Below are positions 28,518 to 38,372 of a stretch of 64,000 bases of DNA, one piece after another. Source of the stretch: a virus; IMG/VR virus record IMGVR_UViG_3300048592_000244, positions 42,114 through 106,113 of that record; one strand, 5' to 3'. Both the position numbers and the translations under genes were made by a program. Numbering within the stretch: the stretch's first letter is position 1; each line of letters opens with the position of its first letter. The notes beneath the pieces are model-generated. The model did no database searches. It was not told the origin of the DNA and saw only the letters and a program-made list of their open reading frames with translations.

Positions 28518-31016
28518 ATGTCGGGTACACCCGGTCTTGGAGTAAATGACCCAGAGGGATTCGCCAGTATTCTGACGCCCGATCTGCCGTTGACCATCGC
28601 GGTAGATCAGTCGGCTGGCGACGTACCTATTCCTTTGTCGGTTCTGCCCTTCTGGCGCAACGACGGAGGCTTCCGCAGCTACGGTGGTGCCACGGTAATT
28701 TCCATCTTTGACGCCGCTGGCGTTGAGGGTGTGAGCACGCCTGACATCCCGGCGATTACTGACCAGCCGATCTCGGCGCAGGGCACGTTCCAAGTCTCGA
28801 ACCCGGATGCCCAGAAGCTGTACCGCATCATAGTCCGTATCCGTTCGGCAGCCAACGACCCTAATTTCCGCGACTTCATCTGCGTGTTCCGTTTGATCCT
28901 GCCGTTGGAAGTACCCATTGAGTACACCACGCACCTCGATGGCGACATTCCGACGCCGACGTACACAGGCGTGGATTTCTTCTGGGACATGGACGCGCCT
29001 GTGGTGGAAATTCGTCTACGTGACGGCACAGGCGGCATTCAGCTTCCAAACCTCGCGGCGTCGGCGTGGCCTGCTGCGGCCAAGGCGTACATGCTGCGCC
29101 AGCTACAGAATCTGCGCGACGGCGTGCTCATGGTGGACTTCTACGCCGGTGGTGGAATTTCCGCGTCTACTCGCCGCCAGTTGTACCACTACTATTGGGA
29201 CGGTGCAGCGTGGCAATTCGCCAAGATCAGGCACCGTGATTTCCCTGCATTCGACCCGTACTCCGGCTCGGACCTTGGCGTGGCGCAGGCAACCATCGAC
29301 ATCGGCGGCGGCAGTGCGCAGTTGGACTTCAATTACAACGCCTACGTCTACGGCCAGCGGTTTGAGAGCTTCATTGTTGTTGGCCCAACTGGATTTCTCA
29401 ACGTGGACCCGAAAGCCATCTTGGCTGGCGGCACGATTGACATTTCCTCCATCATGGACTTCTCGATCCAGAACCTGTTCCATCGCTTCAACCAGACGGA
29501 TCAGTACGTCACGATCATTGCCACGACCGAAGAAAAGATCGTCTACCGCCAGATTCCGATATGGCCGACCAGCACTGATCTCGTCACCATCGACAACGAC
29601 AAGCTCGTGCCCGGCACCACGACGCCGGTTCCCACAGACATCCTGCGGGCGCGGTTGGTTACATGGCCGTGGATTGAGTTCCCGAATCTTTTGAATTTCC
29701 TCACCGTGCCTCCGGGCGGCGTGGGTGCAGACCCGGCAGGTACGATCTACCCGGACCTACTGACGATCAATCTCTACGACGGGCTCAACCCCGTCCCCGT
29801 GGCTACCTACACCGACGAGGTTGATCTGTGGAACAACATGGTCGAGCTACAGCTACCGAATCAGGGCTTGACCATCCCTGTGCTGGACGTGCGGGCGCTG
29901 CTCACACCGACCAGTCCGTTTTTCCGCATTGAAGCAGATGTCAGGACTGCACTCAGCGCCCCCGGCACAGCGTACAAGTACATCGCGGATTTTCCGCTCA
30001 ACGCGAACGGCGAGCCCGAGGTTTGGGAGCGCGATGACGTGGTGCTGTCCACGATCTTCCCGACGTTCGAGTTTGACGAATGGGGCAAGGTCAAGGTCAC
30101 ATGGCCGGGCACCGTGGTCTCGTTCAGCACACCGATCACTTTCACCGGCGACGTGGGCTCGATGGACTTCGCGGCTCCGGCTGGACCGTTCCCTGTCACT
30201 GTGGAGTACGACTTGCGCAATGCGGTAATTTCCCGCGAGGCGGCGTACTTCAACATCAATTTCAACGCTGACGATGGCGGCGGCGATATTCCCTATGAGT
30301 TCAGGGTGCCGACCAACGTGAAGCACCAGCAGTTGATCGGCCCGACCGACATCAACGTCTTCTTCGCTGGCAACGTGATTGTCTTCCCGACAGGCTCGCT
30401 GGCCGTGATCGACCCGGCGTTCCCGGTGACGTTCATCGGCGACGTCGGGCAGATCGAATTGAACGACCCATCGGAAAATGTCCCGTACTTCACCGGGCAG
30501 CTTGGAGATGGTGGTGAACGTATTTTCTCGAATCCGCTCCATCCCTATGTGGATGTTGATTTCACTAATGCTGGTGCTGTGCCGTGTCGGGTTCGTATCC
30601 CGAATACTTTTTTCGACATTCGCCAAGCTACTAAGGAGACGTTCGCGGTAGCTTCGCGTGCTCACGGCCCGACAGCCGGTGGTCTGGCATCGTCGGCGTT
30701 CGATTTCTCGGTGCCCAATGCCAAGATCAACCTCGGCACCGGCGAGATCGAGTTTGAGGATGACGGCTCCGGCTTTGCATGGAATTTCGCAAGCTGGCAG
30801 GTCATCTTGGGCAAGACCCTGCGCAGGCAGAAATTCACAGGCACGATCACGGCAGCCACGCCCTACAATATTTCCAGCATCCTGCCCACGGTGGCGCTCA
30901 ATGAGTACGTCTTCGTGGTCTTCAAACACAGGAATGGATTCCAGCGCGTGGGTGCGTATAAGATAACCAACGACTTCGAGAAGGCACTCAGGGTAGAGAT
31001 CGACGCGTTCGTATGA
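28518..31016 (+). CDS. Large beta-rich tail structural protein with degenerate tandem modules
   Basis: 832 aa; repeated P(I/V)TFxGDVG...(Y/F)x(N/D)xxF...RxP units. Confidence 0.65.
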   Translation: MSGTPGLGVNDPEGFASILTPDLPLTIAVDQSAGDVPIPLSVLPFWRNDGGFRSYGGATVISIFDAAGVEGVSTPDIPAITDQPISAQGTFQVSNPDAQKLYRIIVRIRSAANDPNFRDFICVFRLILPLEVPIEYTTHLDGDIPTPTYTGVDFFWDMDAPVVEIRLRDGTGGIQLPNLAASAWPAAAKAYMLRQLQNLRDGVLMVDFYAGGGISASTRRQLYHYYWDGAAWQFAKIRHRDFPAFDPYSGSDLGVAQATIDIGGGSAQLDFNYNAYVYGQRFESFIVVGPTGFLNVDPKAILAGGTIDISSIMDFSIQNLFHRFNQTDQYVTIIATTEEKIVYRQIPIWPTSTDLVTIDNDKLVPGTTTPVPTDILRARLVTWPWIEFPNLLNFLTVPPGGVGADPAGTIYPDLLTINLYDGLNPVPVATYTDEVDLWNNMVELQLPNQGLTIPVLDVRALLTPTSPFFRIEADVRTALSAPGTAYKYIADFPLNANGEPEVWERDDVVLSTIFPTFEFDEWGKVKVTWPGTVVSFSTPITFTGDVGSMDFAAPAGPFPVTVEYDLRNAVISREAAYFNINFNADDGGGDIPYEFRVPTNVKHQQLIGPTDINVFFAGNVIVFPTGSLAVIDPAFPVTFIGDVGQIELNDPSENVPYFTGQLGDGGERIFSNPLHPYVDVDFTNAGAVPCRVRIPNTFFDIRQATKETFAVASRAHGPTAGGLASSAFDFSVPNAKINLGTGEIEFEDDGSGFAWNFASWQVILGKTLRRQKFTGTITAATPYNISSILPTVALNEYVFVVFKHRNGFQRVGAYKITNDFEKALRVEIDAFV

Positions 31017-32788
31017 TTACAAGCCTGATTGGTACGAAGCTGGATCAGCGGACGCAGAGCCTTCAACAGAAGCCTGCGTACCAAGTCCTGCTATTTTCCC
31101 GCTGGCTCGACACGGACAGCGACATCGTGCGGGGCACCTACACGCAGACTCCGATGGACGTGACTGAGCAGGTGCAGTCAGCGTCCATCAACCTCGACAT
31201 GGAGACGGACGCGTCGTCAGCCTCCGTCACCTTCGCCATCGACAAGTTGCCGCTGGGTATTTTCTACAACAGCATCATCGTCATCCGCGAGGGCGACGAA
31301 CTGGTGGACATCGCAAACTGGCCCACGACGTTCACCGGCTGGCGCATCGGGCAGCCCGGCTCATCGGAAACACTCAAGCCGTTCGCAGCTACACCGGCGC
31401 AAGGTCAGGGCAAGCGCGGCGGAGTCAGACAGGTGACAGTGAATTTCGTTTCACGCGAGCGCCAGTTCGCTGACTTCGAGATCACCAGCGACGGTGTGTG
31501 GCTGCCGAACAGCAAGCCGAACCCGCAGCCGAACTCACCACGCGACGACTACGACGACGTAGGTCTGATTGCGAAGGAAATTGCCACAGACTCAAGTTGG
31601 GGCATGGGGCTCCAGCCTGATGAAGTGCAGATTGGGCCACTGCCGTATCGCATCGAGAAGCAGCTACAGTTTGTGCAGATTCCCGTGTGGGAAGCCCTGA
31701 TGGAGCTTCTACAGGTGCTGCATTTCGTTCCCGGCGTCAATGGTGAGGGGCGCGTCGTTGTCCGCGACCGGAATATCACCAAGGCGTCCGTGCGCCAGTA
31801 CCGCAGCACGCACATCGCGGCGATTTCCCAGCCTGACGCCAGCTTCACTCAGGTGAACGCTGTCATCGTCAAGGGCTTGGCTAAAGACCTGACCGAAGTC
31901 ATCAAGCCTGACCAGAAGCTGGTGTCCATCGACGGCACGTTCGGCTTCTTCGACCCGCACATGCAGTTCGAGTCGAATTGGGGCAATGACGAGCAGCAGA
32001 CATACCGCGTGAAAATCGGCGGCGCGGTCACTGATGGTAACGGAAAGACACATGAATCGCCGCGCATCAGGAAATTCCAGACAGAGGGGTTCATCACCTC
32101 TGTGTTTCCGCCTGACATCACTGACGCGAATGAGTTCTACTACAAGGTCGAGATCGAGAACGACACACTGCTGGTGATTGGTCTGCTGGCCGCCACGTTC
32201 GCCGGGTACGTCGCGGGCATGACCATCGCCGCCCTGCTGACCCCGTTCGAGACCGGCACCCCCGGCAACCGGACCACGGTGGACCCGTTGCAGGTGGTGG
32301 CGCAGACGGCGGCATCGCTCCTTCTTCTCGGCGGTCTATTCGTGCTCCAGCAGATCGCCAATTTCCAGTTTGAAATCTGGGGCGTTCCTTTTGAAACGGT
32401 CTATGAAGAACTCAGGCACGACGCCATCCTCGCGCAGTTCTCGCAGATTTCCGGTGGGCAGCCCTTCCGTGAGTGGGAACGCAAAGACATCGAAATCAAG
32501 AACTACATTTTCAGCACTCTCGCTGATTCGCCGGTTCCTGCGTCGGGTACAGAACCGGCAGTGACAAACCCCGGCATCGAGACCTTCGCTGTAACTGAGC
32601 TTGCTATTCAGCTTGCCCAGCAGGGATCGCGTGAACTGGAGATGGTGCGGGATATTCTTCTGGAGCCAGCCGACATCATCACCGATCAGGACTCTGGCTT
32701 CCGTTACTTTGTCAAGTCGATCACCCGTGAACTGATTCGCGGGGAGTCGCCGAGCACGCAGCAGATCACTGCGTTCAGGGTGCCGTAA
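31013..32788 (+). CDS. Baseplate hub / Tal-like tail protein
   Basis: 591 aa; MDVTEQVQSASIN N-terminus, VNAVIVKG, C-terminal LEPADII...YFVKSITR hub-like motifs. Confidence 0.65.
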   Translation: MITSLIGTKLDQRTQSLQQKPAYQVLLFSRWLDTDSDIVRGTYTQTPMDVTEQVQSASINLDMETDASSASVTFAIDKLPLGIFYNSIIVIREGDELVDIANWPTTFTGWRIGQPGSSETLKPFAATPAQGQGKRGGVRQVTVNFVSRERQFADFEITSDGVWLPNSKPNPQPNSPRDDYDDVGLIAKEIATDSSWGMGLQPDEVQIGPLPYRIEKQLQFVQIPVWEALMELLQVLHFVPGVNGEGRVVVRDRNITKASVRQYRSTHIAAISQPDASFTQVNAVIVKGLAKDLTEVIKPDQKLVSIDGTFGFFDPHMQFESNWGNDEQQTYRVKIGGAVTDGNGKTHESPRIRKFQTEGFITSVFPPDITDANEFYYKVEIENDTLLVIGLLAATFAGYVAGMTIAALLTPFETGTPGNRTTVDPLQVVAQTAASLLLLGGLFVLQQIANFQFEIWGVPFETVYEELRHDAILAQFSQISGGQPFREWERKDIEIKNYIFSTLADSPVPASGTEPAVTNPGIETFAVTELAIQLAQQGSRELEMVRDILLEPADIITDQDSGFRYFVKSITRELIRGESPSTQQITAFRVP

Positions 32789-33565
32789 ATGCCTACACGA
32801 TTCGTTGGCGGCCCAATCACTGACAAAGAAGCCCGCAGGCTTTGGAAGGTCATTCGTGGCCTAGCCAAGAAGGAAATAAAGTCGGGGCGGCAATTCACCA
32901 CCGGCGTCACGGTCGGCTCGATCCGACGCAAGGTGTTCCCCGTGGATGCTGGCCCCGGCGATCCAACGCAGATCGGCTTTGTCGTCAACGTGCGCCTGAT
33001 CGAATTTCCCGGTCAGCCGCTGGCTGTTGACGTGCTGGTTGCGAACCAAGCCCGACAGCTTGTCTCAGACGCCGCTGACGAGACCAACACGCCGGTCATG
33101 GTGCAGATCGACACCAGCGGCAACCTGACGGTCACTGGCAGGGCTCTCATCAATACCAGTGACGTGTTCACCCGCAGCTATCACGAGATTGACGACGTGG
33201 ACGGTCTCGACCTGAGTTTCCTCATGGGTCTGGAGACGTGCCTGTTTAGTGATCTCAGCGCGGATGTGCAGGCAGGGCTCAATGCGTACAGGGCGGCGTT
33301 GGCAATTCCTCTGCCGCCTCTGGCACCGGGCGACACGATCATCAAAGACCCGGTGATCTACTTCCACGGCCCGAATTACTGGCCGGGGTACATCGACCCG
33401 CTGAACAGCCACAGGTTCGGGGGTTTTGGCTCGATCACCTGCAAGCAGTCTTCGGCTTTGGTGCCGTGGAATGACCCGCGTTGGGTGTGGGGCGGACCAC
33501 CTACCGGATGGGGCGTCGGTGTTGTATCGTGGGGCTTGACCGAAACTACAACTGTTTGCGTATAG
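32789..33565 (+). CDS. Putative tail-tip protein
   Basis: 258 aa following the hub gene. Confidence 0.55.
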   Translation: MPTRFVGGPITDKEARRLWKVIRGLAKKEIKSGRQFTTGVTVGSIRRKVFPVDAGPGDPTQIGFVVNVRLIEFPGQPLAVDVLVANQARQLVSDAADETNTPVMVQIDTSGNLTVTGRALINTSDVFTRSYHEIDDVDGLDLSFLMGLETCLFSDLSADVQAGLNAYRAALAIPLPPLAPGDTIIKDPVIYFHGPNYWPGYIDPLNSHRFGGFGSITCKQSSALVPWNDPRWVWGGPPTGWGVGVVSWGLTETTTVCV

Positions 33566-33571
33566 GAAATT

Positions 33572-33859
33572 ATGTCTGGCGAAGAACCGAAAACACCGAA
33601 TCTGGATGAGCAGATCGCCGAGGCGATGAAGCGGGCGCAGCAACACCCGAACATCATGGGTCAGGCCATGCAGATGACGAACATGGCCTATGCGTTTCAA
33701 TTCGCGCAACACGCGAAGCCGCTGGCTGAGATCGTTCCGCTGGCGGAAGTGAATGAAAACCTCAACCGCCTGCACAATGACAAGGCGCTGATAATTTCCG
33801 TCAGCGTGATTGCTCCGAAAATGGATGTGCTCATCACGTATTACAAGATGGAGAGTTAG
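33572..33859 (+). CDS. Hypothetical protein
   Basis: 95 aa, in operon, AGGAA RBS. Confidence 0.6.
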   Translation: MSGEEPKTPNLDEQIAEAMKRAQQHPNIMGQAMQMTNMAYAFQFAQHAKPLAEIVPLAEVNENLNRLHNDKALIISVSVIAPKMDVLITYYKMES

Positions 33860-33862
33860 ACG

Positions 33863-34858
33863 ATGGCGAACGATCCTCCGTTCTCTGGTGTAGGAAATGA
33901 CCTTGTTCTCCCGATCACACCGGGTGATTATGTCAATGAAATCCAAGACAACTTTGCCAAGTGCAAAGATGAAATCATCGGTGTAGACACACGGCTCAAG
34001 GCTGCAACCGGCCCTAGTGCCTCGTCCTTCATCGAGGTGCAGAAGAATGGCGTCGTCGTTCCTCAGTCTCCGTTCAAGATTCTGAATTTCCGTGGCAGCG
34101 GCGTAAACGCTGTAGACATTTCTGCCGACCAAGTGGACCTGACCATTGAGACCGGCACGCTGGTCAATCAAGTGGCTCACGGGTTCATCGTGCGTGATGT
34201 CCTGCGTGCTACGGCTGCTGGTTGGGTGTTGGCGCTGGGTGATGCGCTGGCGAACTCGGCTGATGCCATCGTTGTAGCCGTGATCGACCCGGATAACTTT
34301 ATCGTTTCTCGCAGTGGTCTGGTGCAGGAAATTGCTCACGGTCTTACTGCGAACACTCCGTACTTCCTGTCGAACACCATTGCAGGTGCGGTGCAGACGG
34401 CGAAGTCTGGTATCGGTCAAGGCATCCTCAAGGCGCTCGACGCGAATCACTGGTATGCTGCGCTGGATAACCTACGCACTGGTGTCTGGGGCGACGACTA
34501 CCAGTCAGCAGTCTCAGCCGCACGAAGCACAACGACTTCCGCGATCTTCCAGACCAAGACCGCGTTGGTCACGCCCGCGCTGACCGGCACGTACCGTATT
34601 CAATGGTCGGCTGTAATTGACCAAGATAACACCGGCGACAGTGTGGAAGCCCAGCTATACAACGTCACTGATGCAGTCGTGGTAGGTGCTGTTGTGATTC
34701 ACGAACCGAAGGATGTGGCCAATCGGTTCTATGCAGGTCAGGTGGATGAAATTGTCTTCGCAGGCGCTCCGAAGACCTTCGAGATTCAATATCGCCAGCA
34801 GGGCGGTAACACAGCAGGCATCGAGAACGCCCGCATTGAAATCTGGAGAGTGGCATGA
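33863..34858 (+). CDS. Putative tail fibre / receptor-binding protein
   Basis: NQVAHGF...HGLTANTPYFLS fibre-type domain and C-terminal beta domain; next to a DUF4376-like gene. Confidence 0.6.
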   Translation: MANDPPFSGVGNDLVLPITPGDYVNEIQDNFAKCKDEIIGVDTRLKAATGPSASSFIEVQKNGVVVPQSPFKILNFRGSGVNAVDISADQVDLTIETGTLVNQVAHGFIVRDVLRATAAGWVLALGDALANSADAIVVAVIDPDNFIVSRSGLVQEIAHGLTANTPYFLSNTIAGAVQTAKSGIGQGILKALDANHWYAALDNLRTGVWGDDYQSAVSAARSTTTSAIFQTKTALVTPALTGTYRIQWSAVIDQDNTGDSVEAQLYNVTDAVVVGAVVIHEPKDVANRFYAGQVDEIVFAGAPKTFEIQYRQQGGNTAGIENARIEIWRVA

Positions 34859-35457
34859 TCTACACGTACAGCATCGGCACCTATTTTCCAGAGGGCAACC
34901 TCGACACGCGCATCCTGCACGACACGATTGGAAATTCCTCAATCACGGGTGTGCTCATTGGCCTCCACACCGAAGGCGACGACCTCAAGGTGGAATTTCA
35001 AGACGCGCTCTCTGTACCAGACAAAGACCTCCTCGACGGTTTGATTGAAGCTGCGCCAAACTCAATGGGCTTACTCATCAAGGCTAAGGAAAAGAGGTAC
35101 GTCGAGATCGACGAACGCACCTCCGAACTGATCGGAGAGGGGTTTACTTACGACGGCAAGATTTTCAGCTTGTCACGACAGGCGCAGTCAAACATGCTGG
35201 GTGTCAGGGCCGCCATCGCTGACTACCGGGCCTCAGGTACGCTGTCAGCCTTTGAGGCGGCGTTCTTTCCGCTGAAATTCAACACGCTCGACGACACCGA
35301 TTCTACCGGGCTGGCCCTCGTAGATGATTTCCTCACGTTCTATGACACCGCGATGGGCACTGTGCGTGCCTACTTGGACGGTGGCACCGCTCTCAAGGCA
35401 GCCATACGCGCAGCCGTAGATATAGCAGGAGTGGATGCGGTCGTAGACGAAAGGTGA
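34855..35457 (+). CDS. DUF4376-like tail fibre-associated protein
   Basis: GFTYDGKIFSLSRQAQSNML...LKAAIRAA...VDAV pattern. Confidence 0.6.
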   Translation: MIYTYSIGTYFPEGNLDTRILHDTIGNSSITGVLIGLHTEGDDLKVEFQDALSVPDKDLLDGLIEAAPNSMGLLIKAKEKRYVEIDERTSELIGEGFTYDGKIFSLSRQAQSNMLGVRAAIADYRASGTLSAFEAAFFPLKFNTLDDTDSTGLALVDDFLTFYDTAMGTVRAYLDGGTALKAAIRAAVDIAGVDAVVDER

Positions 35458-35461
35458 CACC

Positions 35462-36337
35462 ATGAGAGCACTGGTACTGGCTGGCGGCGGGTCGAAGGGA
35501 AGCTGGCAGGCCGGTGTGCTCAAGGCACTCGCTCATCACCCGGAATATCACTCAGGCTTTCACTACGTTGCGGGCACCTCTGTGGGTGCCCTCAATGCTG
35601 CTGCGGTGGCGATGAACACCAAGCACGACTTCCCAGAGAGCATCCATCTGCTGGAGGAAATCTGGCACAGCAAGCTGAACATCTGGAAGCTGAAATTCCC
35701 GCCGTACATCTCCGGCCTGTGGTCGAACTCCTTGGGCACCAACAAGGGGCTCAAGGACTTGCTCAACGTCTACATCGACTGCGAGCAGATCGCCCGGTCG
35801 AACGTCACGCTCAACATCACGGCTGTGAGCCTACAGTCCGGCAAGGTGCGTAGGTTCAGCGGAAAAGACCCGCTGTTGGTAGACGGCCTGCTGGCAAGCT
35901 CCTGCTTCCCCATCGCGTTCCCGCCACAGAACATCGAAGGGGAACTCTACACGGACGGCGGAGTCCGCGACGTCGCTCCACTGAGCCCGGCTATCAAGTC
36001 GGGTGCCACGGAGATCGTGGTTGTCCTGTGCAGTGACCCGGACGCTTTGGAGCACAACCCACTTTCCGCAGACCGGCTCAACCGCGTCTACAAGGTCGCC
36101 ATGCAGGTCGTGGAGATCATGGCGGCGGAAGTCCTGATGAACGACATCAAGAAGTGCAATGCGATGAACGCTGAGATCGAGGAAGGTGGGGCACCGGGTA
36201 AGCGCCGGATCAAGCTGCACCTGTATTTCCCGCAGCGCCCGCTGGGAGACTCACTGGACTTCTCGCCCAATCTCATGCGCAGCCAGTACGCAATGGGATA
36301 CGCTGACGGCATGGCCAAGCTGCGCGAACTCTACTAG
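35462..36337 (+). CDS. Patatin-like phospholipase
   Basis: LVLAGGGSKG glycine loop, GTSVG nucleophile elbow, ASSCFP, YTDGGV catalytic Asp. Confidence 0.92.
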   Translation: MRALVLAGGGSKGSWQAGVLKALAHHPEYHSGFHYVAGTSVGALNAAAVAMNTKHDFPESIHLLEEIWHSKLNIWKLKFPPYISGLWSNSLGTNKGLKDLLNVYIDCEQIARSNVTLNITAVSLQSGKVRRFSGKDPLLVDGLLASSCFPIAFPPQNIEGELYTDGGVRDVAPLSPAIKSGATEIVVVLCSDPDALEHNPLSADRLNRVYKVAMQVVEIMAAEVLMNDIKKCNAMNAEIEEGGAPGKRRIKLHLYFPQRPLGDSLDFSPNLMRSQYAMGYADGMAKLRELY

Positions 36338-37188
36338 CGGAATCCCTGCGTGGTGTGATCCATAATTTCCTTCGCGGTGGGCACTTTGACGGACATGCCA
36401 CCTAGAAGGAAAATGGTGAGCGCGGCACGCTTGGTGCCGATGTAGTGCTTGAGGGCGCGGATGGCACCAAGGCGTGGGTAGGTTTCGATGCGCCTGACGA
36501 TCTCGGCCTGATGCTCCTCGTTGTGCATGAACAGCCAGCCACGGATCATCGCCACGAGAAACTGAGCGACGTCCACAGGCCGACCGGCTGCACTGGTGTC
36601 CACTTCCTCTTTGCCCAAGATCGAATCGACGCGACGGATCACAGCCGGGCTGATGGTGAATCCACTGCGCTCCACAGCCTCGTACAGCAGGGCGAACAAC
36701 CGGCTGGAGCAGTAGAAGGGGAAGAAGGCGCGTAGCTCGGTGAAGAACTCTGTGTCCAGCAGCTTGTCAACCGTACCCTCGTGCATCAATTCCAGCGTGT
36801 CGTGATCCACATACTCTGTGCGCTGGCGGCGGAAAAAGTCGATGCAGAGGTTCTTGATGATCGCCGTCGCCCACGAATGCAGCTTGCCGTTCTTCCGGTT
36901 GAAGCTGTCAATGGCGGCGTCGATTTTCAGCAGGCTGTCCTGCACCAAGTCTTCTCTGGTGTGGCTGTCCGCGCTCTTGGCGAAGGTATTCACCGTGGCC
37001 ACCACCATCGGGTGCATGATGGTGTAGAAATCCCCCTGCGTATCAGGGCTGGGCTTCTTCTGGAGCTTGACCGCTAATTCCTCGGCGGCGTCGTTGTCGA
37101 ACGGGTGCCTAGCGGAAGGTGCGGGTTGCTTCCTCGTGGAACGAGTAGGTCTCTTTGAGTTCTTCGATTTTCCCGCGCTGCTTGGCAT
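36334..37188 (-). CDS. Phage sigma-70/ECF-like factor with Mor-like C-terminal segment
   Basis: REDLVQDSLLKI...SFNRKNGKLHSWATAIIKNLCIDFFRR matches sigma region 2; C-terminal YIGTKRAALTIFLLGGMSVKVP. Confidence 0.75.
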   Translation of the reverse strand: MPSSAGKSKNSKRPTRSTRKQPAPSARHPFDNDAAEELAVKLQKKPSPDTQGDFYTIMHPMVVATVNTFAKSADSHTREDLVQDSLLKIDAAIDSFNRKNGKLHSWATAIIKNLCIDFFRRQRTEYVDHDTLELMHEGTVDKLLDTEFFTELRAFFPFYCSSRLFALLYEAVERSGFTISPAVIRRVDSILGKEEVDTSAAGRPVDVAQFLVAMIRGWLFMHNEEHQAEIVRRIETYPRLGAIRALKHYIGTKRAALTIFLLGGMSVKVPTAKEIMDHTTQGFR

Positions 37189-37891
37189 TCAGTCGTTCCA
37201 TCAGGCCGGGGTAGACGAAAGCCGTCATCCCGATGAGGGACATTACCATAGAGTCCCCGGCGTGAGCAAGCCAGCTTGCTTTGGCCGTTCGTTTAGGGGG
37301 TTTCTTCCCCAGCCACTCGACCTGATGAAATTCAGACTCGATCTCGCAGACGCTGGGGTGAACCAGATCAGGCCATAGATGCTGAATGAATCGTAGGACG
37401 CCGGGCACGCTGCCGTCGTAGACGTCGTGGGGCACGTTCTTGTTGAATGGCTTGCCCTTCTTATTGACGCTTGGCCGCGAAACCATGATTTTCGAGAACA
37501 GGTGGACGAGAGACGGGTGTACGGTGATGGCAAACCTGAATAACCGAGCCAACCTCTCACGGAATAGGGCGTCGTAAAAGGCGCGGTTGTAGATCACGCC
37601 GGGGCTCGTCTTTTGGCCGCCAGAGACCCTGTACTCCTCCAACACCAGCAGGCAGTTCAGTGGCACGTTGCCGCGCTGGCCAAGCCAGCTAAGGACGTCT
37701 CTGACACGCTGGAACTGCCACTCGACCCGGCCCCAGATGTCGGTGTTGCTGTCAGTGACCGTGGCCTTCGACATCATCAACTGCGGCACCGGCCCGCGAT
37801 TATCCCACACGTTGATCCCCTGCGTGGCGTAGCCGGGGTCAATGCCGATGGTGAAATCAACGGGTAGGTCTTTGTTGAATGTGTTTGACAT
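37109..37891 (-). CDS. ruvC: RuvC-like Holliday junction resolvase
   Basis: TIGIDPG, LVLEEY and HAGDS acidic motifs. Confidence 0.7.
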   Translation of the reverse strand: MSNTFNKDLPVDFTIGIDPGYATQGINVWDNRGPVPQLMMSKATVTDSNTDIWGRVEWQFQRVRDVLSWLGQRGNVPLNCLLVLEEYRVSGGQKTSPGVIYNRAFYDALFRERLARLFRFAITVHPSLVHLFSKIMVSRPSVNKKGKPFNKNVPHDVYDGSVPGVLRFIQHLWPDLVHPSVCEIESEFHQVEWLGKKPPKRTAKASWLAHAGDSMVMSLIGMTAFVYPGLMERLNAKQRGKIEELKETYSFHEEATRTFR

Positions 37892-38372
37892 GGATGTCCA
37901 AGTTAGCCCAGAGCGACGTGAAATGCACGACGCGATTCAAGTTCACCAGCGCGGTGTCCAGCATGACGAACACCGAGTCCTTGAATTTCAGCCGGTGTGA
38001 TGTTTTCAGATTGAAGCGGTGCGCTGTGGTGAGCGACCGTCCGTTGTCGAAGACGAACTCGAACACCCAGCCCATCGGTGCGCCCTCAATATCGTAGCCT
38101 TGGTCCGTCAGCCACTGGAGCGCGTAGGGATGCTCGGTGTTGACCTTGCGGGCAAGGTAGTAGCAGTCACCCATTTTCCAGCCGTTGCCGTCGAAGTGAA
38201 GGATGTCAGTCTCGGCGTCGTAGTTCTTGTTGTGCTCTTGCTTGAGGGCGTGCCACGCGTGCAGGATAATGTCGTTGTGGGACTCGAAGACATTGCCGTC
38301 TGGCTGCGGCTCCACAAACTCGTGGTAAACCACGAACAGTGGGTTCTTGTGCATCATCGGTGGTACGGCCAC
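37857..38372 (-). CDS. Hypothetical protein
   Basis: 171 aa within the recombination operon. Confidence 0.65.
   Translation of the reverse strand: MAVPPMMHKNPLFVVYHEFVEPQPDGNVFESHNDIILHAWHALKQEHNKNYDAETDILHFDGNGWKMGDCYYLARKVNTEHPYALQWLTDQGYDIEGAPMGWVFEFVFDNGRSLTTAHRFNLKTSHRLKFKDSVFVMLDTALVNLNRVVHFTSLWANLDIHVKHIQQRPTR

Noticed and set aside
33863-35457. Diversity-generating retroelement or invertible tail-fibre cassette
   Set aside because: No reverse transcriptase, invertase, or template/variable repeat pair is visible in the window.
598-36318. Many long minus-strand ORFs opposite the structural genes (e.g. 5367-7013, 4714-5958, 33065-34450)
   Set aside because: These are antisense shadows of GC-rich, codon-biased plus-strand genes, with no RBS or recognisable motifs.
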